Assembly: GCA_963813025.1 (NCBI GenBank)
Contig: CAWEXO010000011.1
Span: forward strand, 928,001 to 992,000
DNA from: an uncultured Verrucomicrobiae bacterium
GTDB taxonomy: Bacteria > Verrucomicrobiota > Verrucomicrobiia > Chthoniobacterales > JAFAMB01
Direction of reading: 5' to 3'
DNA length: 64,000 nucleotides
This document shows positions 39,519 through 48,486 of this stretch, one piece after another. Numbering within the stretch: the first letter of the stretch is position 1; every line of letters begins with the position of its first letter. The notes under the pieces were generated by a model. The model made no database searches and was not told where the DNA came from. It saw nothing but the letters and a program-made list of their open reading frames with translations. Position numbers and translations under genes: made by a program.

Positions 39519-40952
39519 ATGCCCCCACTTTTGATCGAACTGCTGGTCCTTGTCCTCGGTTTGAGTCTTTTTCTTTGGGAATCATTCGCCGGCGAACAAA
39601 GCCGCCGAACGATTGGCTTAGCCGCGATTATCGGGTTGGCGGTAATCTTTCTTCTCGTCCAATTCGTGCCCATGTCAGCAAGCCCGCTGGCGGCCTATGT
39701 GATTGATGCGCCTGCGCTGTTTTTCAAAAAATTCGTCTTACTGACGACCATTGTTGTCGTGATCATGTCGGTGGACTACGCCGGTACGATCCGGCGTTTT
39801 GTGCATGGAACGACACCAGAGGCCGGAGTTGGCGAGTTCTTCTCTCTACCGGTCCTGACCTGCGCCGGGATGATGTGGATGTCGTCGGCGGTTGATTTCA
39901 TTCTGATTTTCGTTTCGCTCGAGCTGGTCACGATTTCCTTCTACGTCCTCGTTTCTTATATGCGTCGCAACGCAGCCTCACTGGAGGCAGGGGTGAAGTA
40001 CTTGATTCTTTCGGGGCTCTCGACCGCTTTTTTCGTATACGGTATTACCTGGATCTACGGGACGACGCATGAGACAAACCTGTTCGAGATCCAGAAAGTG
40101 CTTCCTGCGGTACCGGTGAGTAATCAATCCGGACTGCTCTTTGGCGCGCTGCTGGTCCTGGTCGGGCTCGGCTTCAAGATCGCTGCGGCACCGTTTCAGT
40201 TCTGGGTACCGGACGTCTATCAAGGTGCTCCGACTCCGACGACGGCCTTTCTTTCAGTAGGCTCGAAAGCCGTTGGCTTTATCGTTTTATTGCGCGTTGT
40301 GCAAGCGCTCCAGACTTTGCCCGCCGTTGGAGGGAAGGTCATCTTTGCTCTCGTCCTTTTGGCAGCCGCAACCCTGATCTATGGGAACATGGCGGCGCTC
40401 CCTCAAACTAACTTTAAGCGCTTGCTTGCTTACTCGAGCATCGGTCATGCCGGCTATCTGCTAATGGCGGTAGCGAGCCTCGGGGCGCCCTATGCCGGCC
40501 GAGCCGTTATCGTTTACCTGGCCGCCTATCTCTTGATGACGCTGCTTTCCTTCATCATTCTGATTATTGTGGCCCAACACTCTGAGGGCGACGATATTGC
40601 CCATTTCAACGGGCTCGGTAAACGGTCTCCGTTTCTCGCCTTCAGCCTTCTCGTTGCCATGATGTCGTTAGCCGGGGTGCCGTTAACCGCCGGATTTTTC
40701 GGTAAATTTCTCGTTTTCGAAGTGGCTTACGAGACTCGGCAATTCCTTCTTTTGACTCTGGGAGTCATTACTGTCGGATGCGGGTTCTATTTCTATTTGA
40801 AAGTTGTCCGCGCGATGTACTGGCAGCCGGTGTCCGGCTCAGCAGCGCCGATCCCGGTAAGCCGCTTGTCACTGATCACCATCGGGGCGCTCGTGCTGCT
40901 CATCTTTGTTTTTGGCATCTTTCCTGAGTTCCCCTTGGCCTTAGGGGGGTAG
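39519..40952 (+). CDS. nuoN: NADH-quinone oxidoreductase subunit N
   Basis: EAGVKY, FKIAAAPFQFWVPDVYQGAPTP, KRLLAYSSIGHAGY. Confidence 0.95.
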   Translation: MPPLLIELLVLVLGLSLFLWESFAGEQSRRTIGLAAIIGLAVIFLLVQFVPMSASPLAAYVIDAPALFFKKFVLLTTIVVVIMSVDYAGTIRRFVHGTTPEAGVGEFFSLPVLTCAGMMWMSSAVDFILIFVSLELVTISFYVLVSYMRRNAASLEAGVKYLILSGLSTAFFVYGITWIYGTTHETNLFEIQKVLPAVPVSNQSGLLFGALLVLVGLGFKIAAAPFQFWVPDVYQGAPTPTTAFLSVGSKAVGFIVLLRVVQALQTLPAVGGKVIFALVLLAAATLIYGNMAALPQTNFKRLLAYSSIGHAGYLLMAVASLGAPYAGRAVIVYLAAYLLMTLLSFIILIIVAQHSEGDDIAHFNGLGKRSPFLAFSLLVAMMSLAGVPLTAGFFGKFLVFEVAYETRQFLLLTLGVITVGCGFYFYLKVVRAMYWQPVSGSAAPIPVSRLSLITIGALVLLIFVFGIFPEFPLALGG

Positions 40953-40956
40953 GTAC

Positions 40957-41085
40957 TTTTCGCGTTTCGCGTAGCGCGTCGCTCATCAGCTCATTCACTC
41001 GAGAAAGCGCGGCCCGCAACGCTCCCGGATGTACGGACGAGGCCCTCCGCGGTACTCGGAACGCGAAACGTGAAACGCGAAACGT
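40957..41085. repeat. Composite element with inverted (GAAACGC) heptamer arms and a TACGGACGAGGCC core
   Basis: tttcgcgtttcgcg...tacggacgaggcc...gaacgcgaaacgtgaaacgcgaaacg; inverted homologue at 41621-41714. Confidence 0.75.
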
Positions 41086-41118
41086 CCACGACCGGCTTGG
41101 CTGACGATTCTATCCTGT

Positions 41119-41613
41119 ATGGAACTCGAAACTCTCCAGGACCTCTATTATCACGAACTAAAAGATCTCTATAGTGCGGAGAAACAGATCATCAAAGCGT
41201 TGCCGAAAATGGTGAAAGCGGCTCATCACCAAAAGCTGGCCGACGGGTTCAAGGAACACCTTGAGCAAACGAAAGAGCATGCCGCTCGTCTTGAGACGCT
41301 TCTTGCGAAACACCAGCAATCCACGCGTGGTCCGAAGTGCAAAGGCATGGAGGGCGTTCTCGCTGAAGGGGCGGAGATGATTGGGGAAAAAGGCGATCCG
41401 GAGGTGAAGGATGCTGGCCTCATTTCGGCCGGACAACGCGTCGAGCACTATGAAATGGCAGGCTACGGCAGTGCGCGTACCTACGCCGAGCTGCTCGGAG
41501 ACAAGGAAGGCGTGCAATTGCTGCAGGAAACGTTAAGCGAAGAGCAAGCAACCGATAAGAAGCTGACGCAACTTGCCAAGTCGGTCATTAATGTAGAAGC
41601 CGCAAAATCGTAG
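41119..41613 (+). CDS. Ferritin-like DUF892 (YciF/YciE family) protein
   Basis: ELKDLYSAEKQ, CKGMEG, QRVEHYEMAGYG, EEQATD. Confidence 0.92.
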   Translation: MELETLQDLYYHELKDLYSAEKQIIKALPKMVKAAHHQKLADGFKEHLEQTKEHAARLETLLAKHQQSTRGPKCKGMEGVLAEGAEMIGEKGDPEVKDAGLISAGQRVEHYEMAGYGSARTYAELLGDKEGVQLLQETLSEEQATDKKLTQLAKSVINVEAAKS

Positions 41614-41620
41614 CAAGACG

Positions 41621-41714
41621 ATTTCGCGTTTCACCTGTCACGTAGCGCTCCCGGCCTCGTCCGTAACTCTGGGCGTGCGCGCACACGATCCGCACAGCGC
41701 GAAACGGGAAACGC
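41621..41714. repeat. Inverted copy of the composite heptamer element
   Basis: atttcgcgtttcacc...ggcctcgtccgta...gcgcgaaacgggaaacgc. Confidence 0.7.
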
Positions 41715-41766
41715 CCCCGATTTCCGTTTGCAAATTGGGTGGACGCGGGCACGTTAAGCGTCCTCT

Positions 41767-43251
41767 ATGCTGGATACCATGCGCAAGCGGCAGCGTTCGC
41801 TGCTGATCCTGATAACGGGCATCACCATCGTGGCCTTCGCCTGGTGGTACAACCCTGGACACGCCGGCCGCGGTGGGGTTGGGCAACTTGGCAAGGTCGA
41901 CGGACGCCCGGTGACCGTGGAGGACGTCCAAAAGCTCGAGCGGAATCTTCAGCTGGCCGGCGGCATCGGGCTGCGTGAACTTCCGGAATTGCTTGCCTCT
42001 GGGCGTACGCGCGAAGAGGGGGCTATCTCGTTTGCCTGGAACACTTTTATCCTCCGCGACGAAGCCGATCGCCTGCAAATCCACCCTTCTGCCGAACAGA
42101 TCACCGATGCCGAAAAACGGTTGCCCGAGTTCCAGCAGGACGGGCAGTTCGACCCCTCCAAGTACCAGGCGTTTGTCGACAAAACGCTCAAACCGAACGG
42201 GCTGACTGCGGCTGACCTCGACGAGGTCGTGGCCGATGACCTGCGGCTCCGGGGAATTCTTGACCTCATTAAGGGCGGAGCTCAGGTGCCCGAGGCGATG
42301 TTGCGGGAGAACTACGAAAAAGCGCACGCCAAAATGCACCTTGCCGTCGTGCGTTTGCCGCGAGCCGACTTCGAGAAAGCCATCCAAGTCTCCGATCAGG
42401 ACATAAAAAAGTATTACGACGAACACCGAGATCAGCTGAAGTCTCCAGAACAGCGCCGGGTTGAAATGGCGGCATTCACTTTGAATTCGGATCAGAAGAA
42501 GCTTGATGAGAGCAAGAAAAACGAGGTGTTGAAAGCTCTCGCGAAGCAGGCCGAAACATTCGTACAGCCGGTGCTTGATCATCCCGGTCAATTCGAGCAA
42601 ATCGCCAAGGATCAGAACGTCAAGATTCAGGAGACTGGGCTTTACAACGCGACCAATCCCGATCCGTTGCTCAAGACAGATCCAACCTTATCCCGTCAGG
42701 CGGATGCTCTCTCCAGCGAGAGCCCGGTGAGCGACGTCGTGCAAACCGCTGATGGATTTTATGTCCTCAAATTGAAAGATGTCGTGCCGAGTAAACCGCT
42801 TACTTTGGACCAGGCGAAAGGCCAGATTGCGTCCATCCTGAAAAATCAGCGCATCCAGACGGCCATGGAGACAAAGGCCAAAGAACTGCGAGCAAAGATC
42901 CTGGCCGATCTCAAAACCGGAAAAACTTTTGCTGACGCGGTTGCGGCCAGTGGCCATAAGGCGGAAGAACCTCCTCCATTCTCCTTTCAGGACGCCGGAC
43001 AAATTAATCAACTCCTTTTGACCCTCTATTATAATCAGGTTGATCTGGAGCCTGGACAGGTCTCCAAGCTGCTGACGGAGAATGGCGATGGGCTGCTGGT
43101 CTATCTTGAGAAGCGCGATCCGATCGACCAGAATGCCTACCAGGCCGACGAAAAAAAGATGCTTCCGGAAGCCAATAATCAATTTGCCGACATGCTGTTC
43201 GCGGAATGGCTGAAGGTTCAACAACAGCGGGTAGGCCGGCCGCCGGTGTGA
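41767..43251 (+). CDS. Membrane-anchored periplasmic chaperone, SurA N-terminal/PpiD-like
   Basis: MLDTMRK + TM anchor, GKVDGRPVT, FQQDGQFDPSKY, YYDEH...PEQRRV, VSDVVQTADGFYVLK. Confidence 0.85.
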   Translation: MLDTMRKRQRSLLILITGITIVAFAWWYNPGHAGRGGVGQLGKVDGRPVTVEDVQKLERNLQLAGGIGLRELPELLASGRTREEGAISFAWNTFILRDEADRLQIHPSAEQITDAEKRLPEFQQDGQFDPSKYQAFVDKTLKPNGLTAADLDEVVADDLRLRGILDLIKGGAQVPEAMLRENYEKAHAKMHLAVVRLPRADFEKAIQVSDQDIKKYYDEHRDQLKSPEQRRVEMAAFTLNSDQKKLDESKKNEVLKALAKQAETFVQPVLDHPGQFEQIAKDQNVKIQETGLYNATNPDPLLKTDPTLSRQADALSSESPVSDVVQTADGFYVLKLKDVVPSKPLTLDQAKGQIASILKNQRIQTAMETKAKELRAKILADLKTGKTFADAVAASGHKAEEPPPFSFQDAGQINQLLLTLYYNQVDLEPGQVSKLLTENGDGLLVYLEKRDPIDQNAYQADEKKMLPEANNQFADMLFAEWLKVQQQRVGRPPV

Positions 43252-43254
43252 CAA

Positions 43255-43350
43255 ATGGCCGATGACCGATGACCAATTGTTAAATGCGCAGCGCTATTCA
43301 TTGGTCTTCTGCCAGTGCAATTGGTCATCGGTAATCGCCTTCGGTCATTG
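43255..43350. repeat. Inverted (ATGACCG) heptamer repeats
   Basis: atggccgatgaccgatgaccaattg ... caattggtcatcggtaatcg...cggtcattg. Confidence 0.65.
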
Positions 43351-43388
43351 TTTATTGCACCGACGGTGCCATCAAGCCAAGTTGGTCG

Positions 43389-43733
43389 ATGGACGAAATT
43401 CCTGCCGAGGTGGAACAACTCTTCGATGATGCCAACGGCGATCTGGCCGTGGGCGATCTTCCATCAGCAATCGCCAAATACCGGCAGTGCGTTGACTTGT
43501 CGCCTGAGTTTTTTGATGGCTGGCACGCCTTGGGCATGGCTTTGATGAAGAACGGGGATTTTCCGGCCGCGATTGAAGCCGGGAAGCGATCAGTCCAGCT
43601 GAAGCCAAATGACCAGTTGGCTTGGTCCAGTCTTTCGCTGTTTTATGTGCGCAATAACCAGATAAAAGATGCCGAAGCGGCCGGCGGAAAGGCACGCATT
43701 TTATCCTGGGGCGGAAAGGTGGCGCCTGAATGA
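43389..43733 (+). CDS. Small TPR protein
   Basis: TPR motifs (GWHALGMALMKNGDFPAAIEAG); ATGA overlap with metG. Confidence 0.85.
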   Translation: MDEIPAEVEQLFDDANGDLAVGDLPSAIAKYRQCVDLSPEFFDGWHALGMALMKNGDFPAAIEAGKRSVQLKPNDQLAWSSLSLFYVRNNQIKDAEAAGGKARILSWGGKVAPE

Positions 43734-45289
43734 AATATTTCATCACGACCGCGATCGACTACACAAACGCGCCGCCGCATATCGGTCATGCCTATGAAAA
43801 GATCCTGGCGGACGCGGTGGCGCGTTACCATCGCCTTTTTGGCGAACCGGTTTTCCTGTTGAGTGGTGTTGATCAGCACGGACAGAAGGTGCAGCAAGCC
43901 GCCGCGAAGGAAGGGATATCGCCGAAAGAGTTTGCTGAGCGAATCACTAACCAGTTCCTCCAGTTGTGGCAGGCGCTGAATATCCGGACGGACGGATGGG
44001 CCACTACGACCGATCCGCGACACAAACTCGCCGTTCAGAAGGTCCTTCAGGATTTGTGCAACAAGGATGAGCTCTACAAGGCGAAGTACGCTGGCTATTA
44101 CAGTGTTCGCCAGGAGCAATTCTTAACCGATAAGGAACGCGACGAGCACGGAGAGTTCGGCCCAGAGTGGGGCGAGGTGATTTTTCTTGAAGAAGAAAAC
44201 TGGTATTTTCGGTTGGCCAGGCACAAAGAATGGCTGAAGACTTTTGTCGCGACTCGTTCGGACTTCGTTGTGCCGGCCTTTCGTCAAGGGGAGCTGCTCA
44301 ACGCGATTGACCGGTTAAGCGGCGATCTCTGCGTCTCCCGGCCGAAAGAACGGCTCTCCTGGGGTATTCCTTTCCCGTTTGATCCAGAGTATGTCACCTA
44401 CGTCTGGTTCGATGCGCTTTTAAACTATGTGACGTTTGCTGGCTACAACGCAGAGCCTGGTTCCGGGCTTCCGCTCTTCGAAGAATTGTGGCCCTGCCAG
44501 GCGCACGTCATTGGCAAGGATATTTTAGTTCCGCCGCACGGGATCTATTGGCCGATCATGCTGCACGCGATGGGATTTAGCGATCAGCAAATGCCTCGTT
44601 TGGTGGTTCACGGCTGGTGGAACTTCGGCGGAGCGAAGATGAGCAAAAGCCTGGGCAACGTGATCGATCCGCATCAGCTCATCCAGCAGTTCGGGCCCGA
44701 CGCTATTCGCTACTATCTGCTTCGTGATGTGGTGATGGGGCAGGACGCCGACTTCAGTATTGAACGGCTGATCGAACGCTACAATTCGGAGCTGGCCAAT
44801 GAGTTCGGCAACTTGCTGAATCGAACGCTGAGCATGGCTTTGCGCTACCGGAACGGAGAGTTGCGGAAGAAGGCTTACTCTGACGTCGAGATTGCCGAAT
44901 TTGCCGCGACAGCGACCGCGGCGATCGCGCGATACAAAGCAGCGTTTGACGGGTTTCAGGTTCACCAAGCGCTGGAGATTGTCCGCGAATTGGCCACCCG
45001 TGCGAACTCACTGGTTGAGCTGAAAGCGCCCTGGAAGCTGGCCAAAGATTCTGCCTCCCGCGAGTTGTTGGACACGGTCTTGTACACTCTCGCTGAGGCG
45101 ACCCGTTTGTGTGCGCTTCTGCTCAGCCCGATAGTGCCGAACGCCAGCGCGAAAATGCTGGCTCAGCTGCGGGCCGATTCAGAGCGGAAAGTCGTTTGGG
45201 GAGAACTCGCCGACAGGCATCGGGTGGACAAGCCTTCACCGGTGTTTCGAAAAATCGAGCTGCCAGAAAAAACCGCGATCACGGAGTAG
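43730..45289 (+). CDS. metG: Methionine--tRNA ligase (short form)
   Basis: TTAIDYTNAPPHIGHAY, DQHGQK, YVWFDAL, IGKDI, KMSKSLGN. Confidence 0.96.
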   Translation: MKYFITTAIDYTNAPPHIGHAYEKILADAVARYHRLFGEPVFLLSGVDQHGQKVQQAAAKEGISPKEFAERITNQFLQLWQALNIRTDGWATTTDPRHKLAVQKVLQDLCNKDELYKAKYAGYYSVRQEQFLTDKERDEHGEFGPEWGEVIFLEEENWYFRLARHKEWLKTFVATRSDFVVPAFRQGELLNAIDRLSGDLCVSRPKERLSWGIPFPFDPEYVTYVWFDALLNYVTFAGYNAEPGSGLPLFEELWPCQAHVIGKDILVPPHGIYWPIMLHAMGFSDQQMPRLVVHGWWNFGGAKMSKSLGNVIDPHQLIQQFGPDAIRYYLLRDVVMGQDADFSIERLIERYNSELANEFGNLLNRTLSMALRYRNGELRKKAYSDVEIAEFAATATAAIARYKAAFDGFQVHQALEIVRELATRANSLVELKAPWKLAKDSASRELLDTVLYTLAEATRLCALLLSPIVPNASAKMLAQLRADSERKVVWGELADRHRVDKPSPVFRKIELPEKTAITE

Positions 45290-45318
45290 GATGAACTTCC
45301 ACCTTGTCCCGGTTTGAG

Positions 45319-45370
45319 GCGGCCAGGATGCCGGTGTCACGAAGGAAGAGTGGTGCAGGGTTCCAGCCTG
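45319..45370. repeat. REP-like palindromes, including a degenerate copy of the RAYT-flanking REP
   Basis: Reverse complement of 45319-45340 is gtgacaccggcatcctggccgc; also gtggtgcagggttccagcctg at 45350-45370. Confidence 0.65.
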
Positions 45371-45491
45371 ATTAAAAGGTTTTTTTCACAGAAGATCGCG
45401 AATAACAGAAACCAAGATTGGCCCAAGTGGGAGCGGATCTTTGCACTGCTTTGTGGCCATCCACGATAAGTCCTTTCAGCGTGTTACCCAT

Positions 45492-46805
45492 ATGCCTGAG
45501 ACTGTTTCTTCAACCACAAGAACTGTGCCGAAGGTTCTCATAATCGGAGGTGGCTTCGGTGGATTGCAAGCCGCGCAAACTCTGGCGAACCGGCGGGTCG
45601 CCGTCACCCTGATCGATCGAACCAATCACCACCTCTTTCAGCCTCTGCTTTACCAGGTCGCCACCGCTGGGCTGAATCCGTCGGATATCGCGCAACCGAT
45701 CCGCCACATTTTGCGGGACGCGCACAATATTGAAGTTGTCCTGGGTGAGGTAAAGGAAATCGATCCTACCGCCCGGACCGTGAAACTCGAGAGCGGCCGC
45801 GGCTTTACCTTCGATTTTTTGATCGTGGCGACCGGCGCCCGGCACGCCTATTTTGGCCACGATGAGTGGGAGGCCCACGCTCCCGGACTGAAAAGCTTGG
45901 GCGACGCCCTTGAGCTGCGCAACCGCATCTTGAAATCGTTTGAAACCGCCGAAATGGCCGAGAACGAGGCGGACCGAAACGCGGCGCTGACCTTTGTTGT
46001 GATCGGAGCCGGTCCGACCGGTGTTGAGATGGCTGGCGCCATCGCCGAGCTCGCCACTCATACTTTGGCCGATGATTTTCATAAGATTGATCCGGCCAAA
46101 TCCAAGGTCGTTCTGCTGGATGCCGCGCCAAGAGTCCTGCCAGCCTTTGCTGAGGCCAATTCGCGGTCGGCGCTGGAACAGCTCAAAAGAATGGGTGTCG
46201 AAGTTCGAACTGGCCTCGCCGTGAAGGAAGTCGAACCGGCCGGCGTCCGCCTCGAAAACGAGTTCATCCCGACACATACGATCATCTGGGCGGCAGGAAA
46301 TGCGGTGTCGCCTCTGGCGAAACAGCTGGGGGCCAAGGTTGATCGCGCCGGCCGAGTCGAGGTCAACGAGGATCTATCGATTCCTGGGCATCCGGAGATA
46401 TTCGCGATCGGCGACATGGTCCTTTTCACCTACCAGACCGGCAAGCCCCTGCCGGGTGTCTCTCCGGTCGCCATGCAAATGGGACGCCGCGCGGCTTTCA
46501 ATATTCTCGACACGTTGGACGGCCGGCCAACCCGCCGTTTCCGCTATTTTGATAAGGGGAGTATGGCGACCATCGGCCGGAACAAAGCGGTCGCCGATAT
46601 CTGGGGTATCCGTTTCGGGGGATTTCTCGCGTGGCTGGCCTGGCTCTTCGTCCATTTGATCTTTCTCGTCGGATTCCGGAACCGGATCTCGGTTTTTGGA
46701 CAATGGATCTGGTCCTACTTCACGTATGGACGGAGTGCCCGGTTGATTTACGGCATATTCAAACCGCGTGTTGTGCCTCCGGATGGAAAGCAAGCTGAGG
46801 TCTAA
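45492..46805 (+). CDS. ndh: Type II NADH dehydrogenase (NDH-2)
   Basis: IIGGGFGG, FQPLLYQVATAG, VIGAGPTGVEMAG, AIGD, YFDKGSMATIGR, WLFVHL. Confidence 0.93.
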   Translation: MPETVSSTTRTVPKVLIIGGGFGGLQAAQTLANRRVAVTLIDRTNHHLFQPLLYQVATAGLNPSDIAQPIRHILRDAHNIEVVLGEVKEIDPTARTVKLESGRGFTFDFLIVATGARHAYFGHDEWEAHAPGLKSLGDALELRNRILKSFETAEMAENEADRNAALTFVVIGAGPTGVEMAGAIAELATHTLADDFHKIDPAKSKVVLLDAAPRVLPAFAEANSRSALEQLKRMGVEVRTGLAVKEVEPAGVRLENEFIPTHTIIWAAGNAVSPLAKQLGAKVDRAGRVEVNEDLSIPGHPEIFAIGDMVLFTYQTGKPLPGVSPVAMQMGRRAAFNILDTLDGRPTRRFRYFDKGSMATIGRNKAVADIWGIRFGGFLAWLAWLFVHLIFLVGFRNRISVFGQWIWSYFTYGRSARLIYGIFKPRVVPPDGKQAEV

Positions 46806-46851
46806 ATCTCCGGCGACCAAAAAGGCTTTGACGCTGAACCAACCGGAGGGA

Positions 46852-46970
46852 GGACCGACAGGAGCCGGTCCCTACCGTTTCGGGGCGATCGACGTGGGGC
46901 AGGGAAGGACCGACAGGACTCGCCACTCGGGACTCGGGCCCGCCACCCGGGGCTGCCACTCGGGACTGCC
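46852..46970. repeat. GTAG-type REP plus short direct repeats
   Basis: Reverse complement of 46852-46876 is GGTAGGGACCGGCTCCTGTCGGTCC; partial copy at 46907; gccactcgggact repeats. Confidence 0.65.
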
Positions 46971-47012
46971 CCCCGTCGCGTGCTCACTCATGCTCGACAA
47001 TCTCCCAGATCA

Positions 47013-47490
47013 CTACGCTTCGCTGATCGACTCCTTGAACGCATCTATCTCGGAAGAAAGCATTTTGTCCCCATCTGAAAACGAAGCGTCCTTCGAGTCT
47101 TTTCCCCTCGAGTACATCGTTTAGCCACAGGCGGTCGTCTTCCCACATCTCCTGAAACGGTATTTTATCCCGCTCACACCAGAAGGGCTTGGCCTCCTGG
47201 GTCTCGGTCGGTGTCCCGGTGAATTGGGTCGCTACAAAGACCGTGCATGACAAGCTGTATCCGTTGGTGAACCGAAAATGAAGGACTGCTCTCGGCTCCG
47301 GATCAAGAATGTCGAGGTGCAACTCTTCTCGCGCTTCCCGTCGCACGCACGATGCCGCGGGTTCGTTGAGTTCACATTTTCCGCCAACCCCATTAACTTT
47401 GCCAGCGCCGAGTCCGCGTTTTTTGTGAATCAGCAGGACGCAGCCAGCTCTTATCACGAAGCAAAGAGTAGCACGATCAGCCACGGTCAC
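47013..47490 (-). CDS. 8-oxo-dGTP diphosphatase-like NUDIX hydrolase (1-nt insertion near 47076)
   Basis: KKRGLGAGKVNGVGGK, REAREE, IPFQEMWEDD; removing one base restores FDGDKMLSSEIDAFKESISEA*. Confidence 0.85.
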
Positions 47491-48338
47491 CGTTGAACCA
47501 GGACATCCAAGCTAACCGCGACCACAAAGACCACGCTGACAAAGGCATTGCTCTGAAAAAAAGCGCGGTTGATCCCGGCAAGGTCCAACGCCGCTGCAGC
47601 CCGATGCTCGTAGATCAGGGCGGCCAACACGAGAAGCATGGCGGTGTAATAGATTGGCCCTAATCCGGCAATAACCCCAAAAATCAGAAGAGATCCGGAA
47701 AAAAGCGCGGCGTGCAGTATCTGAGCCAGCTTCAAACTGGTCGGGATCCCGTACTTGACTACTAATGAACCGAGGCGCCGCCGCCGGTCAAAATCGTAAT
47801 CCTGAATGGCGTAAATCAGATCAAAACCCGCGACCCAGAAAACGACGCCCGCCGCGAGCACCAAAGGCGCCAGCCCGAACCGTCCGCGGACGGCGAGCCA
47901 GGCACCTACCGGCGAAACTGCCAAGGCAAGACCGATAAAGAATTGGGTGAAAGAGGTGAACCGTTTGCTCAGTGAGTAGAAAAAAACGATCCCAAGAGCA
48001 ACCGGGGAAAGGAGGAAGCAAAGAAAATTGATGAAAGCGCAGGCCAGGACAAAAACAACCGAGGAGCCGATCACCAGCCAAATGGCCACCTTTTTTGGAA
48101 CCAGCCGATGACGGCTGGCGGTGCGCGGATTGTCTTTATCGATTTCCCAGTCCACCACCCGGTTAAAAGCCATGGCGGCGGTTCGCGCGGAGATCATGGC
48201 CAGCAGGATGAGTAGGATGGTCCGCCCATCCGGCAACCCATGCGCTGCGACGATCATCGATCCTAGGGCGAAGGGCAGCGCGAAGACTGTATGCGAAAAT
48301 CGGACAAATTTCAGCAGTCTTTGCAGGAGATCGAGCAT
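47487..48338 (-). CDS. UbiA-family prenyltransferase (MqnP-like)
   Basis: HTVFALPFA, ARTAAMAFNRVVDWEIDKDNPRTASR, YSLSKRF, GFDLIYAIQDYDFD. Confidence 0.9.
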   Translation of the reverse strand: MLDLLQRLLKFVRFSHTVFALPFALGSMIVAAHGLPDGRTILLILLAMISARTAAMAFNRVVDWEIDKDNPRTASRHRLVPKKVAIWLVIGSSVVFVLACAFINFLCFLLSPVALGIVFFYSLSKRFTSFTQFFIGLALAVSPVGAWLAVRGRFGLAPLVLAAGVVFWVAGFDLIYAIQDYDFDRRRRLGSLVVKYGIPTSLKLAQILHAALFSGSLLIFGVIAGLGPIYYTAMLLVLAALIYEHRAAAALDLAGINRAFFQSNAFVSVVFVVAVSLDVLVQR

Positions 48339-48486
48339 GGCGACGGTAGACTAGGGGCGGTATCAGTGTCGGTGCGAGTGCCAGTTCAGGCAAGATCGGG
48401 ACTGCACGCATCTGACTTATCATGATGTTCTTATGTATCCGTTGCGCGCCCTACGCTCTCATGGTAGCCTCTCTCCCAGCTCGTCT

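Noticed and set aside
45380..45490. Second Rex site upstream of ndh
   Set aside because: Only half-site-like fragments (TTCACA, TTGTGG) without the correct palindromic spacing
46768..47124. 118-aa ORF after ndh
   Set aside because: Made of intergenic repeats plus the antisense of the NUDIX gene
48339..48486. SAM or cobalamin riboswitch upstream of metH
   Set aside because: Only a short CTTATC match; no SAM-I core or B12 box recognisable in this short divergent region
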